Source: Vulcanimicrobiota bacterium
Lineage (GTDB): Bacteria > Vulcanimicrobiota > Vulcanimicrobiia > Eremiobacterales > Eremiobacteraceae
Reading direction: 5' to 3'
NCBI GenBank assembly: GCA_963812135.1
Contig: CAWETU010000001.1
Location: 1,920,001 to 1,984,000 of the forward strand
DNA: 64,000 nt
Position numbers and translations under genes: made by a program. This document shows positions 43,154-55,686 of the stretch, in pieces. Positions within the stretch are counted from its first letter, which is position 1. Each line of letters opens with the position of its first letter. Below the pieces are notes generated by a model. It had not been told where the DNA came from and did not search any database. It saw only the letters and a list, made by a program, of their open reading frames with translations.

Positions 43154-43204
43154 ACCCGAGCTTCACTCGGGTTCTACAATCGATCGAATAAATTCGACCG
43201 TTAC
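43154..43204 (-). repeat. Tandem REP-like class B + class A, intergenic
   Basis: ACCCGAGCTTCACTCGGGTT-CTAC then CGATCGAATAAATTCGACCG-TTAC. Confidence 0.8.
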
Positions 43205-43210
43205 GTCGGG

Positions 43211-43969
43211 TTATTCGAAGGCGACGTCCATCAGGTACTGGCCGGCCAGCCTGACGCAGTGGCGCACCTCCGGCGCGTAGCTCGAGAGCTGCACCGCGCG
43301 CAGCGCTTCATTATCCAACGCGTCATTCCCCGATGAGCGGACGATCGATTTGTCGACGAGAGTTCCATTCGGGTCAAGCGTCACCGCCACAGTCACGAGC
43401 GATGGTTGTACGCCTTGGTCGATCGCTACCTCCGGCCATTCCGGCGGATACGCGAGCGTTATGCGGGCGGGGCTGTCGGGCGTCTCGCACGAGGCGCGGA
43501 CGATAATGGGTTCGAACGTCGGCAACGGTGGCGCACCGATCGGGCCGTACGCGAGCTGCGTCGAGCCGCCGGACACGTCGATCAGGTACGTGCCACGGTA
43601 GCCGAGGCAGCCGTGCGTCTCCGGGAAGAAGCTCGACATCTTGATCGCCTTGAGCGCCTCGTTGTCGAACGCGTAGTTTCCGGACGAGCGCCATACCGAA
43701 TCGTCGACGACGTTACCATATGCGTCGACGATGACCAAGACGGTCGTCGTCGGGAAACCCGCGGCTTGCACGACCGAGAGCTCCGGCCATCCCGGCTGAT
43801 ATGCGTTCTTCAACCGGACAGGGCTATCAGGCGTCGTGCAGTTGGAATAGGCGGCCGGGCCGTAGTATGTCGGTTGCGCGTTTGCCGGCGTGGCGAGCGC
43901 GTAGCCGACGATCGCCGCGAACAACGCAGCCACGAGGGCCGCGCGCGCGCGGTTCATACATTTGCGCAT
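43211..43969 (-). CDS. Secreted protein with two tandem TonB C-terminal-like domains
   Basis: GGAGG RBS, signal peptide; two repeats of CxTPDSP..WPE..SSGN..DNEAL.A...SS..PE..C. Confidence 0.75.
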   Translation of the reverse strand: MRKCMNRARAALVAALFAAIVGYALATPANAQPTYYGPAAYSNCTTPDSPVRLKNAYQPGWPELSVVQAAGFPTTTVLVIVDAYGNVVDDSVWRSSGNYAFDNEALKAIKMSSFFPETHGCLGYRGTYLIDVSGGSTQLAYGPIGAPPLPTFEPIIVRASCETPDSPARITLAYPPEWPEVAIDQGVQPSLVTVAVTLDPNGTLVDKSIVRSSGNDALDNEALRAVQLSSYAPEVRHCVRLAGQYLMDVAFE

Positions 43970-44003
43970 GGTTTGGAATTCCTCCATGCGTATAGTGTAC
44001 CCA

Positions 44004-44051
44004 CGGTCGAATAAATTCGACCGCTACATTAAGGGTAAACTCGGCCGCTAC
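44004..44051 (-). repeat. REP-like class A full copy plus degenerate partial copy, intergenic
   Basis: CGGTCGAATAAATTCGACCGCTAC then TAAACTCGGCCGCTAC. Confidence 0.85.
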
Positions 44052-44052
44052 A

Positions 44053-44526
44053 TCAACCGCGTGGAGAGGCGGTCCCGCGTTTGGACGCGACGATCAGCGA
44101 TTTGCCTTCGAAGGCTTCGACTTGCTCGCGACGCTGTTCTGAGATCGGGACCGAGCGCTCCGTCGCGAAATCGTACATGACCTGCACGGAATGCACTTCG
44201 GCGACGAGCGCTTCCGTGTGCGCGTCGACGATCATCAATTCCATCAAGAACGACGAGCGGCGCAACTCCGTCACCCGGCAGCCCACCAGCAGCTCGTCGC
44301 CAAGTTTGGCCGCGGCGTGATAACGCACGGTGAGCTCGGCGAGCACGAAGTCGAAGTCCTCGATGCTCTTGAGCGAGCACACCTGCATCCAGTATTCGTT
44401 GCGCGCGGTTTCGCAGTAGGTCAAGTAGACCGCGTGATTGACGTGCCGCAAACCGTCGATGTCTCGAAACACGACCTTGATCGGCCGTATGAATTTGAAG
44501 CGGTTGAGCTGGTCGGCGGCGCTCAC
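44053..44526 (-). CDS. Acyl-CoA thioesterase (4HBT/YbgC family)
   Basis: VFRDIDGLRHVNHAVYLTYCETAR; GTGA overlap with the upstream gene. Confidence 0.85.
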   Translation of the reverse strand: MSAADQLNRFKFIRPIKVVFRDIDGLRHVNHAVYLTYCETARNEYWMQVCSLKSIEDFDFVLAELTVRYHAAAKLGDELLVGCRVTELRRSSFLMELMIVDAHTEALVAEVHSVQVMYDFATERSVPISEQRREQVEAFEGKSLIVASKRGTASPRG

Positions 44527-44876
44527 TCTATTTCCGGCGGCGACGTGGGCGGCGGCACCCACCGGCGGACGATCATTCCCGCGTACACGCCGAGGAACGG
44601 CGGTATGAGCGCGACGAGCGGTTGCAGCAGCTGCGCCGGCGATGAGGAGATGAATGGCTGCGTGAGGCGGAACATGATTTCCGCGATCGGCACCCAGATG
44701 CCGAGCATGATCGCCCAGCGCCACGGCGCCTCCGGTCCGATGTAGCCGAGCAGACCGCCGAACATGAACAGCAGCACGTAGACGAGCACGTCGCCCGCGC
44801 CATGTAAGCCTGCGTACGCGGCGATGAAGCCCAGCACGATAGATAGGGCGGTAAGCCACAAAACGGCGGTTCTCAC
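44523..44876 (-). CDS. Small membrane protein
   Basis: Four hydrophobic segments; translationally coupled to the thioesterase. Confidence 0.65.
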   Translation of the reverse strand: MRTAVLWLTALSIVLGFIAAYAGLHGAGDVLVYVLLFMFGGLLGYIGPEAPWRWAIMLGIWVPIAEIMFRLTQPFISSSPAQLLQPLVALIPPFLGVYAGMIVRRWVPPPTSPPEIE

Positions 44877-44908
44877 GGCCCGGCTACTTCAAGGGCCCGA
44901 CGGAACAT

Positions 44909-45295
44909 TCATCCCGCGGTGACGGCATCGGCTTCGATCTCGACGAGGATGTCCGGAGCGATGAGCCGGCGCACTTCGACCATCGTGGTCGCGGGCCGAA
45001 CCTCGGCGAACGCCTCAGCGTGCGCCCGGCCGACCGCTTGCCATTGAGCGATGTCCGTCACATACATGCGCGTCCGGACCACGTCGCGCATGCTCGCGCC
45101 TGCGTGTTCGAGCGCCTCGGCGATGCGGGTCAGGGCCAGCTTGGCTTGCGCGTAAGCGTCATCGTTTGGGACCTTTCCCTGCGCGTCCGTACCGGTCGTG
45201 CCGGACACGTAGACGTGCGCTCCCATGCGCACGGCGCGGGAAAACCCTACGGGCTGCTCCCATGGGGATCCGCTGGAGACGTGGTGACGCTCCAT
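44909..45295 (-). CDS. RidA/YjgF family protein
   Basis: SGSPWEQPVGFSRAVR, VSGTT, DVVRTRMYV, RPATTMVEV, LVEIEADA. Confidence 0.9.
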   Translation of the reverse strand: MERHHVSSGSPWEQPVGFSRAVRMGAHVYVSGTTGTDAQGKVPNDDAYAQAKLALTRIAEALEHAGASMRDVVRTRMYVTDIAQWQAVGRAHAEAFAEVRPATTMVEVRRLIAPDILVEIEADAVTAG

Positions 45296-45410
45296 CGCTT
45301 AATGCTCCTTTCTCCGCTCGAGCGCCGATACTGACTGTGTTGCAAAGGGCGCGGCGAGGTGTAGTGCCAAGGGACCCGTGCGCCTGCCCTCGCGTGTATA
45401 AGGACCGTCA

Positions 45411-47939
45411 ATGGCTGCTACCGAGTTCACGATCGAGATCCAGCCGAAGATCCCCGAGCGGCTCGCGCGCCTCGGCGAGCTTGCCGACAATCTGCGCTAT
45501 AGCTGGGATCGCGCGACGCGTTCGCTGTTCGCGCGGTTGGACACGCGTTTATGGACCTCAGTCGGCCATAACCCTAAGGTCTTCCTGCGCCGCGTCGAGG
45601 AACGCCGTCTTGCGCAGGCGGCCGAAGATCCCGTGTACCTTGACGCCTTCGATCGCGCGGTCTCGCGGTTCGACACGTATCTGCGCGAGACGCCGCGCGC
45701 CAACGGCACGAGTCTGGCGCCGGACGATCTCGTCGCGTACTTCTCCGCCGAGTTCGGTTTTCATGAGAGCTTCAAGCTGTACTCGGGCGGCTTGGGGATC
45801 CTCGCTGCCGATCACTGCAAAGCCGCGAGCGATGCGGGCGTGTCATTCGTCGCGGTCGGTCTGCTGTACCGTCAGGGGTACTTCATCCAGACGATCGATG
45901 GCGACGGGAACCAGCACGCCGAGTACACGCCGTCGGACGTCCCCGATCTTCCCGTATCGCTGGCGCGCGACGCCAGCGGTCTTGAAGTGCGCGTCGCGGT
46001 GCGGATCGGCAATCGCGACGTCGCGGTGCGTCCGTGGACAGCACACGCCGGGCGCGTCCGCTTGATTCTGCTCGACACCGATCTGCCGGAGAACGCAGAG
46101 GCTGACCGGGCGATCACCTACCAGCTCTATGGCGGCGACATGGAGCTGCGCATCAAACAAGAGATCGTGCTCGGCATCGGCGGCGTGCGCGCGTTGCGCG
46201 CACTCGGTCTGGCGCCGACGGTATGGCACATCAACGAAGGACATGCCGCGTTCTCGGTGCTCGAGCGCTCCCGCGAACTGGTGCAGGGTGGACTCGATCT
46301 CCCAAGCGCGCTCGAGGCGGCCGCTGCTGCGACGGTGTTCACGACGCACACCGCCGTGGCTGCGGGCCACGACGTGTTCAATCGCGATCTCGTCGAGCGC
46401 TACCTCGGAGAGCTGGCGAAGGAGCTCGGTCTGACGCTCGACGAGTTCAGCGCGATCGCCCTCAAACCCGACGAGCCCGGCGGCTTCAACATGACGGCGC
46501 TCGCCATCCGCGGTTCGCGCTACATCAACGGCGTCAGCCGCATCCATCGCGACGTGTCCGCCAAACTGCTCGCCGCGCTCTGGCCACAGCTGCCGCCGGA
46601 CGAAAATCCCGTCTCGTACATCACCAACGGCGTGCATGTCGGCACGTTTCTCGCGCGCGAATGGGTGAATCTATTCGACACGAGCCTCGGGTCCGAGTGG
46701 CGTGGTGCGCAGCGGGAGCCTGGGTTCTGGCAGCGACTCGACACCATCCCCGACCAGCTCTTCTGGAGCGTGCGCCAGCAGATCAAGGCCAATCTGATCA
46801 CGGACCTGCGCGATCGCCTCACCGCGCAGTACCGCCGCAACGGCGTTTTCGAGACGCAGATCGAGCGTACGCTGCGGTTGCTCCGTCCTGAGGACCCCAA
46901 CGTATTGTTGGCCGGTTTCGCGCGCCGCTTTGCGACGTACAAACGCAACACGCTGCTTATGCACGATCCCGAGCGCTTGGCGCGGATCGTCAACCATCCG
47001 GAGCGGCCAATCGTGTTCGTCTTCGCGGGCAAGGCGCATCCGGCCGATCTCCCAGCCCAAGAGATGATCCGCAAGCTGCACGAGTACTCGCGCCAGCCGG
47101 AGTTCGAAGGCCGCATCTTGTTGGTGGAGGGCTACGACCTCGCGCTCGCCCGGCACATGGTGTCGGGCGTCGACATATGGCTCAACACGCCGCGCTATCC
47201 GCTCGAAGCAAGCGGCACCTCCGGTCAAAAAGCGGGTGTCAACGGAGTGCTCAACGTGAGCGTGCTCGACGGCTGGTGGGGCGAAGGATACGACGGTCAC
47301 AACGGCTGGGCGATCCGCCCGTACCCTGTCAATGCCGACATCGAACGACGCGACAAAGAAGAGGCCGCCAACCTTTACGACATCCTCGAGTACGACGTGC
47401 TGCCGCTCTACTACGAGCGCCACGCGCTCGGTTACTCGCGGCGCTGGGTCGAGAAATCAAAACGCTCGATGCGCACACTGCTGCCTCGCTTTTCCGCGTC
47501 GCGCATGCTCGCCGAGTACACCGAGGAGTTTTATCGCCGCGCCTCGTTACACGGACGAAGGCTCGCCGGCGCTGCGGCGGCTCAGCTAGCGACGTGGAAA
47601 GCGCGCGTGCGCGCCAAGTGGGATGGCGTGAAGCTGCGGCTCTTGGACGAGCCGGCGCGCAGTGTCGCTTTCGGCAGCGACGCGCGCATCGAAGTCGCGG
47701 TCACGCTCAACGGACTGTCGCCTGACGACATCCGAGTGGAGTGCTTGTTCGGCGATCAGACGTATCAGTTCGTGCAAGCGGGCAGTCTCAAGGACGGCGA
47801 GCATCGTTTCACGCTCGACTTACGCCCCGAGCATTGCGGACTGGTCACCTATCGGATCCGGATGTATCCGTTCCACGAGCTGCTCGCGCATCCGCACGAA
47901 GTCGGCCTCATGATCTGGTTGTCACGCAACGCAGCGTGA
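45411..47939 (+). CDS. glgP: Alpha-glucan (glycogen) phosphorylase
   Basis: AYFSAEFG, YSGGLGILA, HINEGH, FARRFATYKR, EASGTSGQK (PLP lysine), LDGWW. Confidence 0.93.
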   Translation: MAATEFTIEIQPKIPERLARLGELADNLRYSWDRATRSLFARLDTRLWTSVGHNPKVFLRRVEERRLAQAAEDPVYLDAFDRAVSRFDTYLRETPRANGTSLAPDDLVAYFSAEFGFHESFKLYSGGLGILAADHCKAASDAGVSFVAVGLLYRQGYFIQTIDGDGNQHAEYTPSDVPDLPVSLARDASGLEVRVAVRIGNRDVAVRPWTAHAGRVRLILLDTDLPENAEADRAITYQLYGGDMELRIKQEIVLGIGGVRALRALGLAPTVWHINEGHAAFSVLERSRELVQGGLDLPSALEAAAAATVFTTHTAVAAGHDVFNRDLVERYLGELAKELGLTLDEFSAIALKPDEPGGFNMTALAIRGSRYINGVSRIHRDVSAKLLAALWPQLPPDENPVSYITNGVHVGTFLAREWVNLFDTSLGSEWRGAQREPGFWQRLDTIPDQLFWSVRQQIKANLITDLRDRLTAQYRRNGVFETQIERTLRLLRPEDPNVLLAGFARRFATYKRNTLLMHDPERLARIVNHPERPIVFVFAGKAHPADLPAQEMIRKLHEYSRQPEFEGRILLVEGYDLALARHMVSGVDIWLNTPRYPLEASGTSGQKAGVNGVLNVSVLDGWWGEGYDGHNGWAIRPYPVNADIERRDKEEAANLYDILEYDVLPLYYERHALGYSRRWVEKSKRSMRTLLPRFSASRMLAEYTEEFYRRASLHGRRLAGAAAAQLATWKARVRAKWDGVKLRLLDEPARSVAFGSDARIEVAVTLNGLSPDDIRVECLFGDQTYQFVQAGSLKDGEHRFTLDLRPEHCGLVTYRIRMYPFHELLAHPHEVGLMIWLSRNAA

Positions 47940-49933
47940 CCGTGCGCTCGGCGCGTTCGCCTGGCGCGGAGCGATACCGTCCACGAACAGGTGACGACCG
48001 TCCCCTGCATGATCTTCTCAAAGCCCGATTCCGAGCGCGAGACGGTGATCAGCGGCTGCGTCGTCATCGTACAAGGCGGAGACATCGCAATTTCGAGCCG
48101 GCCACCGAGCTCTGCGTCTTGGAGCGCTACTTCTTCCGCATCGGCGCGCGCGATCCGAGCCGCAAACGTGCCCTGTGTTGCGCCGCCGATCATGTAGGTC
48201 CCGCCGTGGCCTTCGCCGCTCGGCATCGCGATCGAGGATTCGACGTTCAGCGCTCCCGTGACGGCACCGGCGCGCGCCGCAAGCACGTAGGTGACGACGA
48301 GTCGATCGTCGTCGATCGTGAACGTCTTCTCGATCCAGAGTCCGTCGGGTTGTGCGCGGCACGTCGCCTGAGGCTGGTTCGCGACCACTTCGCAGGCGTA
48401 CTCGAGAGTTGCGCCATTCCACGAGTCGACGAACAGACCGCGGGGTTTGAGGTCGGGTTCCAAATCCGCGGACGTGATGTCTGCCGGGATGATCACGCGC
48501 TCGTGGATCGACGCGATGCCACTCTTGCGCGTGGGGCGCAACGGCGGCGGCGGCGCGCCTGCGCGGATGATGTCGTAGTAGTCTTCGTCGCGGCGGGCAA
48601 GCACATCGGCGAAGTTGTGATCGAAGCGATAGTCGATGAGCTCGCACAGGCGGCCGCCTTCGCCCGGCTTGATCACGGCATGGAATCGCCCGGCGCGCAA
48701 CGCGGTTTCCGTTGCGCCGTCGAGATCGATGTCGAGCTGCTGCGACGGCGGGCGTGGGTCGATCTCGTCGAGCGATCCCTCCAGCACCGCGAGATTCGCG
48801 TACACGCTGCGCCGTAAGAACGGGAGGTAGATACCGCCGAACAGGCCGTGCCAATACGCGTCGTTTGCCTGCGTCCGATGCAGCGTCTCGATCATCTCTT
48901 GCGTTTGCCGTTCCGCCGGCAACGCGTGCAGGCGGTGCGAGGCCTGTTGCATGCGCTTGTGCATCCAGTTCGCCTCGGGGTATTTCATCAAGAAGCTCTT
49001 CCACATGCCGCCGCGCAGCATGGGCTCGTCCTCGGCCAGCGTGCCGCGATCGGCTGAGCGGCGCAGCAGCGACTGCAAACGGCGCGCGCCTGCCGGCGGC
49101 AACGTCCACTCGTTCATCTCGGCGTACGATGTGGTGGGCAGGTACACGAGGCCGCACCTCGCACGCTGCTCGTGGAATTCGCCGAAGGTCTGCATCTCGA
49201 CGCGCGTCGATGCTTCCAGCCCGGCTAACACCGCTTCAAGCCAGCCTTGTCCGTAGACCCACTCGTACGTGTCGGGCCACACGCCGAACTTCTCGATGTC
49301 GTCGAAGTAGATCGCTGCCGCTCCGGGCGGGAACGCTTCGATGGTGCTGACCACTTCCGCCGCCGGCGCGAACGGCATGAGATAGCGCAGCGTTTCAGAG
49401 ATCGGGAAGACGTCAAGCCGCTGCCCGCTCTCCTCGGTCGTGTAGTAACCGTTGAGGTCGCCCATCACGCCGATGCTGCGGAAATGGTAGTCGTCGACGG
49501 CCACGAAGCGCAGGCCGCTCGCGTGCAGCGACGGGACGACGGTCGCTTCCCACACGCGCTCGGTGAGCCACGCGCCGCGCGGGCGGACGCCGAACAGCTT
49601 TTCGAGCCGTACCGTCATCGCACGCAGCTGATCGCGGCGGTCGCGTTCGGGAATCGCGGCGAGCACGGGCTCCGTGTCGCCGCCGCCGATCAACTCGAGC
49701 TGACCGCGCGCCGTCATCCGCCGGATGCGCTCGACGTCTTCGGGGAACGTGCGCTGCAGGTAGTCGAGCAGCCAACCGCTGACGTGCAAGCTCATGCGAA
49801 TCGCCGGATGACGCTCGACGGCCTCGAGAAACGGGCGGTAACAGCGGCGCAGCGCGTCGTCGATCACGTGCGTGAAATTGCCGACCGGTTGATGCGCGTG
49901 GACGCCGAACAGCAGTCGGACCTTGTCGGTCAC
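47849..49933 (-). CDS. GH57 alpha-amylase/4-alpha-glucanotransferase type
   Basis: HAHQPVGN, WLTERVWE, DDIEKFG, NDAYWHGLFGGIYLP. C-terminus probably frameshifted near 47965 (91-nt overlap with glgP). Confidence 0.85.
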   Translation of the reverse strand: MTDKVRLLFGVHAHQPVGNFTHVIDDALRRCYRPFLEAVERHPAIRMSLHVSGWLLDYLQRTFPEDVERIRRMTARGQLELIGGGDTEPVLAAIPERDRRDQLRAMTVRLEKLFGVRPRGAWLTERVWEATVVPSLHASGLRFVAVDDYHFRSIGVMGDLNGYYTTEESGQRLDVFPISETLRYLMPFAPAAEVVSTIEAFPPGAAAIYFDDIEKFGVWPDTYEWVYGQGWLEAVLAGLEASTRVEMQTFGEFHEQRARCGLVYLPTTSYAEMNEWTLPPAGARRLQSLLRRSADRGTLAEDEPMLRGGMWKSFLMKYPEANWMHKRMQQASHRLHALPAERQTQEMIETLHRTQANDAYWHGLFGGIYLPFLRRSVYANLAVLEGSLDEIDPRPPSQQLDIDLDGATETALRAGRFHAVIKPGEGGRLCELIDYRFDHNFADVLARRDEDYYDIIRAGAPPPPLRPTRKSGIASIHERVIIPADITSADLEPDLKPRGLFVDSWNGATLEYACEVVANQPQATCRAQPDGLWIEKTFTIDDDRLVVTYVLAARAGAVTGALNVESSIAMPSGEGHGGTYMIGGATQGTFAARIARADAEEVALQDAELGGRLEIAMSPPCTMTTQPLITVSRSESGFEKIMQGTVVTCSWTVSLRARRTRRAHGHAALRDNQIMRPTSCGCASSSWNGYIRIR

Positions 49934-51609
49934 AAGCGATCGACCCGGTTGGCGCGTCGCATGACGCCGTCGTATACCGGGTCGCCGGTGCCGATGCTCA
50001 CCGCCGTGTCAAGCTCGGGCGGTGCCGATTCGCCGAGCGCCGCATACAGGTCGCTGAGATGGCGACGGAACAACTGCTCGAAATCGCGCACCGGCGCAGG
50101 CGGATTGTAGCCGCCGAACCACCAGAACCAGTCCGAGCTCTCGCAGCGGCGTAATATCATCTCCGCGGCGGCCCGTGCGGCCGGCGTGAGGCGCCCGGAC
50201 TCCAGCGTCGTGTCGTACGCGCGCTTGGCCTCGACCAGCAGATCCCAACCGCGATTCTTATCGGGGTCGCCGATCCAGGTGTCGAACGAGCCGTAGACCC
50301 AGCTGCCGGCAACGACGCCCTCGAGCGCCGGCATCTGCGGCTTGCTCGAAAGATGATCGCTAAATGTCGTCAACCGCATGCCCGGCTGCTCGCTGAGCCG
50401 ATCGTAGAGCGCATTGAGAAATTCGAACGCGTTGTCTTCGTAATGCTCCCACGCGTTCTCGCCGTCGAGGATAATGGTGACGACCGGCGCTGCGCCCGGC
50501 GGCTGCGCCGCTGCGATGGCTTCGAGCGCGCCGACCAGGTCGTCAATGGCATCGTTCGCGCGCCATGGCGCATAGACAAATCCGATGCGGTCCGACAAGT
50601 CGTCGTCGCGGAAAAAACACGCGATGGGTCCTGCGCCAGCCTGCACCGCGTATGGGGTGTACAAGTACTGCTCGCGCGACGTCTGGTCGCCCTGAGCAGC
50701 GAGAGTGTTGACGCAAACCCGCTCGCCGCTTGCCGTCCACTGAAAACCATGCGCGCGCATCGCCGCGAGCGTCGCGTCGGAGATGCCGCCCTCGGACGGC
50801 CAGCAGCCGCTGGGCGGCTCACCAAAACGCGCCGCGTGCGCGTCACGCGCGCTTTGGAGCTGGACGTCCGCACGCTGCGCGCCACCCGGGTACGCGGGAC
50901 TTGCCGGCAGCACCGCGTCGGGATGCGCTTCGAGCGCGGCGCGAAAGTCGATCAACAGCGGCACGATCGGATGCGAGTACGGCGAGGTCGCCAGTTCGAT
51001 GCGCCCTTGCTGCGCGAGCCGCAGATAACGATCGAGAACGCTCCCGACCAGCTCGCCGATGACGCGCAACAGCGTCGCGCGGTCGGCGGCGTCGAAGCCG
51101 CGCTCTTTGGCGATCAGTCGCTGCACCCGCTCGTCGGAGCGTTTCGCGCCCTCTCCCACCCACGCGAGGTGGTACCAGACCAGTGCGTCCGCCATGTCAG
51201 CCGGAGATAACGGCTCTCCGCCCCACGCCGCAGACTCGGCGAGATGGAAGACGCGCTCGTACGCCGGGTAACGGCGCACCATGCGTTCGAAATTCGCGCG
51301 GCACACCTCGTAGCACAGCCGGCGCCGGCGTTCGGGCGTGTCGGCGTCGCCGCGCTGCAGATCGCGCAGCAGCGGGTCGCGGAACTCGCCGGATTCGAAT
51401 TGCGCGCGATAGTCGTCGAGCTGTTCGACGAGCACCGGCGCGAAGCTCACCGTCGCGCGCGCGCCCTGCGCGTGCTCGAGGTGCCAGGCCATGTCGGCGT
51501 AATCTTTGATGGCGTGCAGATAGACCCACGGCTGGCGGTATTGACCGTCCGCCGCGCGATAACTCGGTTGATGCATGTGCCAACACAGGACGATGTCGAG
51601 GGTCTTCAC
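49930..51609 (-). CDS. GH57 glycoside hydrolase (amylopullulanase-like)
   Basis: WHMHQPSY, PYSHPIVPLL, WPSEGG, ILDGENAWEHY, ESSDWFWW. Confidence 0.88.
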   Translation of the reverse strand: MKTLDIVLCWHMHQPSYRAADGQYRQPWVYLHAIKDYADMAWHLEHAQGARATVSFAPVLVEQLDDYRAQFESGEFRDPLLRDLQRGDADTPERRRRLCYEVCRANFERMVRRYPAYERVFHLAESAAWGGEPLSPADMADALVWYHLAWVGEGAKRSDERVQRLIAKERGFDAADRATLLRVIGELVGSVLDRYLRLAQQGRIELATSPYSHPIVPLLIDFRAALEAHPDAVLPASPAYPGGAQRADVQLQSARDAHAARFGEPPSGCWPSEGGISDATLAAMRAHGFQWTASGERVCVNTLAAQGDQTSREQYLYTPYAVQAGAGPIACFFRDDDLSDRIGFVYAPWRANDAIDDLVGALEAIAAAQPPGAAPVVTIILDGENAWEHYEDNAFEFLNALYDRLSEQPGMRLTTFSDHLSSKPQMPALEGVVAGSWVYGSFDTWIGDPDKNRGWDLLVEAKRAYDTTLESGRLTPAARAAAEMILRRCESSDWFWWFGGYNPPAPVRDFEQLFRRHLSDLYAALGESAPPELDTAVSIGTGDPVYDGVMRRANRVDRL

Positions 51610-51619
51610 GGCAGCAGCT

Positions 51620-52900
51620 TTAGCCTGCGTGATGGACGCGTTGCCCGAGCATCTCGGGCGTGATGAGCGTGATGCCGCTCTCCGTGCGGTAGAAACGCCG
51701 GGCGTCGGCCTCCGGATCTTCGCCGACCACCGTGCCTTCGGGGATGTCGCACAACTTGTCGATGATGACGCGGCGCAGCCGGCAATGCCGGCGGATGGTC
51801 ACGTTCGGCAAGATGACGCAGTCCTCGATATCGCTGAACGAGTTGATGCGCACGCTAGTGGAGACGAGCGAACGCCGCACGAGCGAGCCCGAGATGATCA
51901 CGCCGCCCGAGACGATCGAATTGATCGCCATGCCGCGCCGGTCGGTTTCGTCGAGCACGAACTTGGCCGGCGGCACCTGTTCCTGATACGTCCAGATCGG
52001 CCAGGACGAGTCGTAGAGATTGAGCTGGGGCAGGGTCTTGGTCAGATCCATGTTCGCTTCCCAATACGCGTCGAGCGTGCCGACGTCGCGCCAATAGGGC
52101 AGCTTGCCCTCCTCGGTGACGACGCCGCTGGTCGCGAACTGGTGCGAGACGACGTTGCAGCGCGGCACGAGCGCGGGGAGGATGTCGTGTCCGAAGTCGT
52201 GGGTCGAGGTCGGATCGGCGAGATCGCGCGCCAGCTCGTCGTACAAGAGCGCCGCGTTGAACACATAGATGCCCATGCTGGCAAGCGTCATGTCGGGGCG
52301 GCCCGGGATCGCGGGCGGGTTGGACGACTTCTCGACGAAGCTGCGGACGCGGCCGCGCTCGTCGACCGTCATCGTACCCAGCTCCTCGGCGGCGCCGATC
52401 GGCACGTCGACCACGCCCACGGTCACGTCCGCCTTGGACGACACGTGGTCGCTCAGCATCTTGCCGTAATCCATCTTATATATATGGTCGCCGGCGAGCA
52501 CCAGGACGAACTCCGGCTTGTGCGAGCGGATGATGTCGAGGTTCTGGTAGACCGCGTCGGCGGTGCCCCGGTACCACGACTCCTCGATGCGCTGAGAAGC
52601 GGGCAGCAGCTCGACCGCTTCGTCGAATTCGCCGTGCAGAAAGCTCCAGCCGCGCTGCAGGTGCCGGATAAGCGAGTGCGCCTTGTATTGGGTCACGACG
52701 CCGATGCGCCGGATGCCTGAGTTGATGCAGTTCGACAACGGGAAGTCGATGATGCGGAACTTGCCGCCGAACGGAACCGCTGGCTTGGCGCGCCACTCGG
52801 TGAGTTGCATGAGCCGCGTGCCGCGGCCACCCGCCAATACGAGCGCAAGCGTCGCTTTGGTGAGCAAGCTGACAAAGCGCGGCTGTGTGGACTGCGGCAT
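51620..52900 (-). CDS. glgC: Glucose-1-phosphate adenylyltransferase
   Basis: [51 protein letters not shown]. Confidence 0.95.
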   Translation of the reverse strand: MPQSTQPRFVSLLTKATLALVLAGGRGTRLMQLTEWRAKPAVPFGGKFRIIDFPLSNCINSGIRRIGVVTQYKAHSLIRHLQRGWSFLHGEFDEAVELLPASQRIEESWYRGTADAVYQNLDIIRSHKPEFVLVLAGDHIYKMDYGKMLSDHVSSKADVTVGVVDVPIGAAEELGTMTVDERGRVRSFVEKSSNPPAIPGRPDMTLASMGIYVFNAALLYDELARDLADPTSTHDFGHDILPALVPRCNVVSHQFATSGVVTEEGKLPYWRDVGTLDAYWEANMDLTKTLPQLNLYDSSWPIWTYQEQVPPAKFVLDETDRRGMAINSIVSGGVIISGSLVRRSLVSTSVRINSFSDIEDCVILPNVTIRRHCRLRRVIIDKLCDIPEGTVVGEDPEADARRFYRTESGITLITPEMLGQRVHHAG

Positions 52901-52989
52901 CAGCGCTATCTATCCCGCGCCGGGTGTTCTCTCCTTGAATTGTTCGCCCGGAGGGTTCTCGTTGGCGCGTTCGAAGCGTTTGCCGATCA

Positions 52990-55682
<2,693 letters not shown>

Positions 55683-55686
<4 letters not shown>

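Noticed and set aside
47849..47939. Genuine 91-nt convergent overlap of glgP and GH57
   Set aside because: An alternative frame near 47965 gives a more natural ending (PGERAERTVTLR..), so an indel error probably inflates the overlap.
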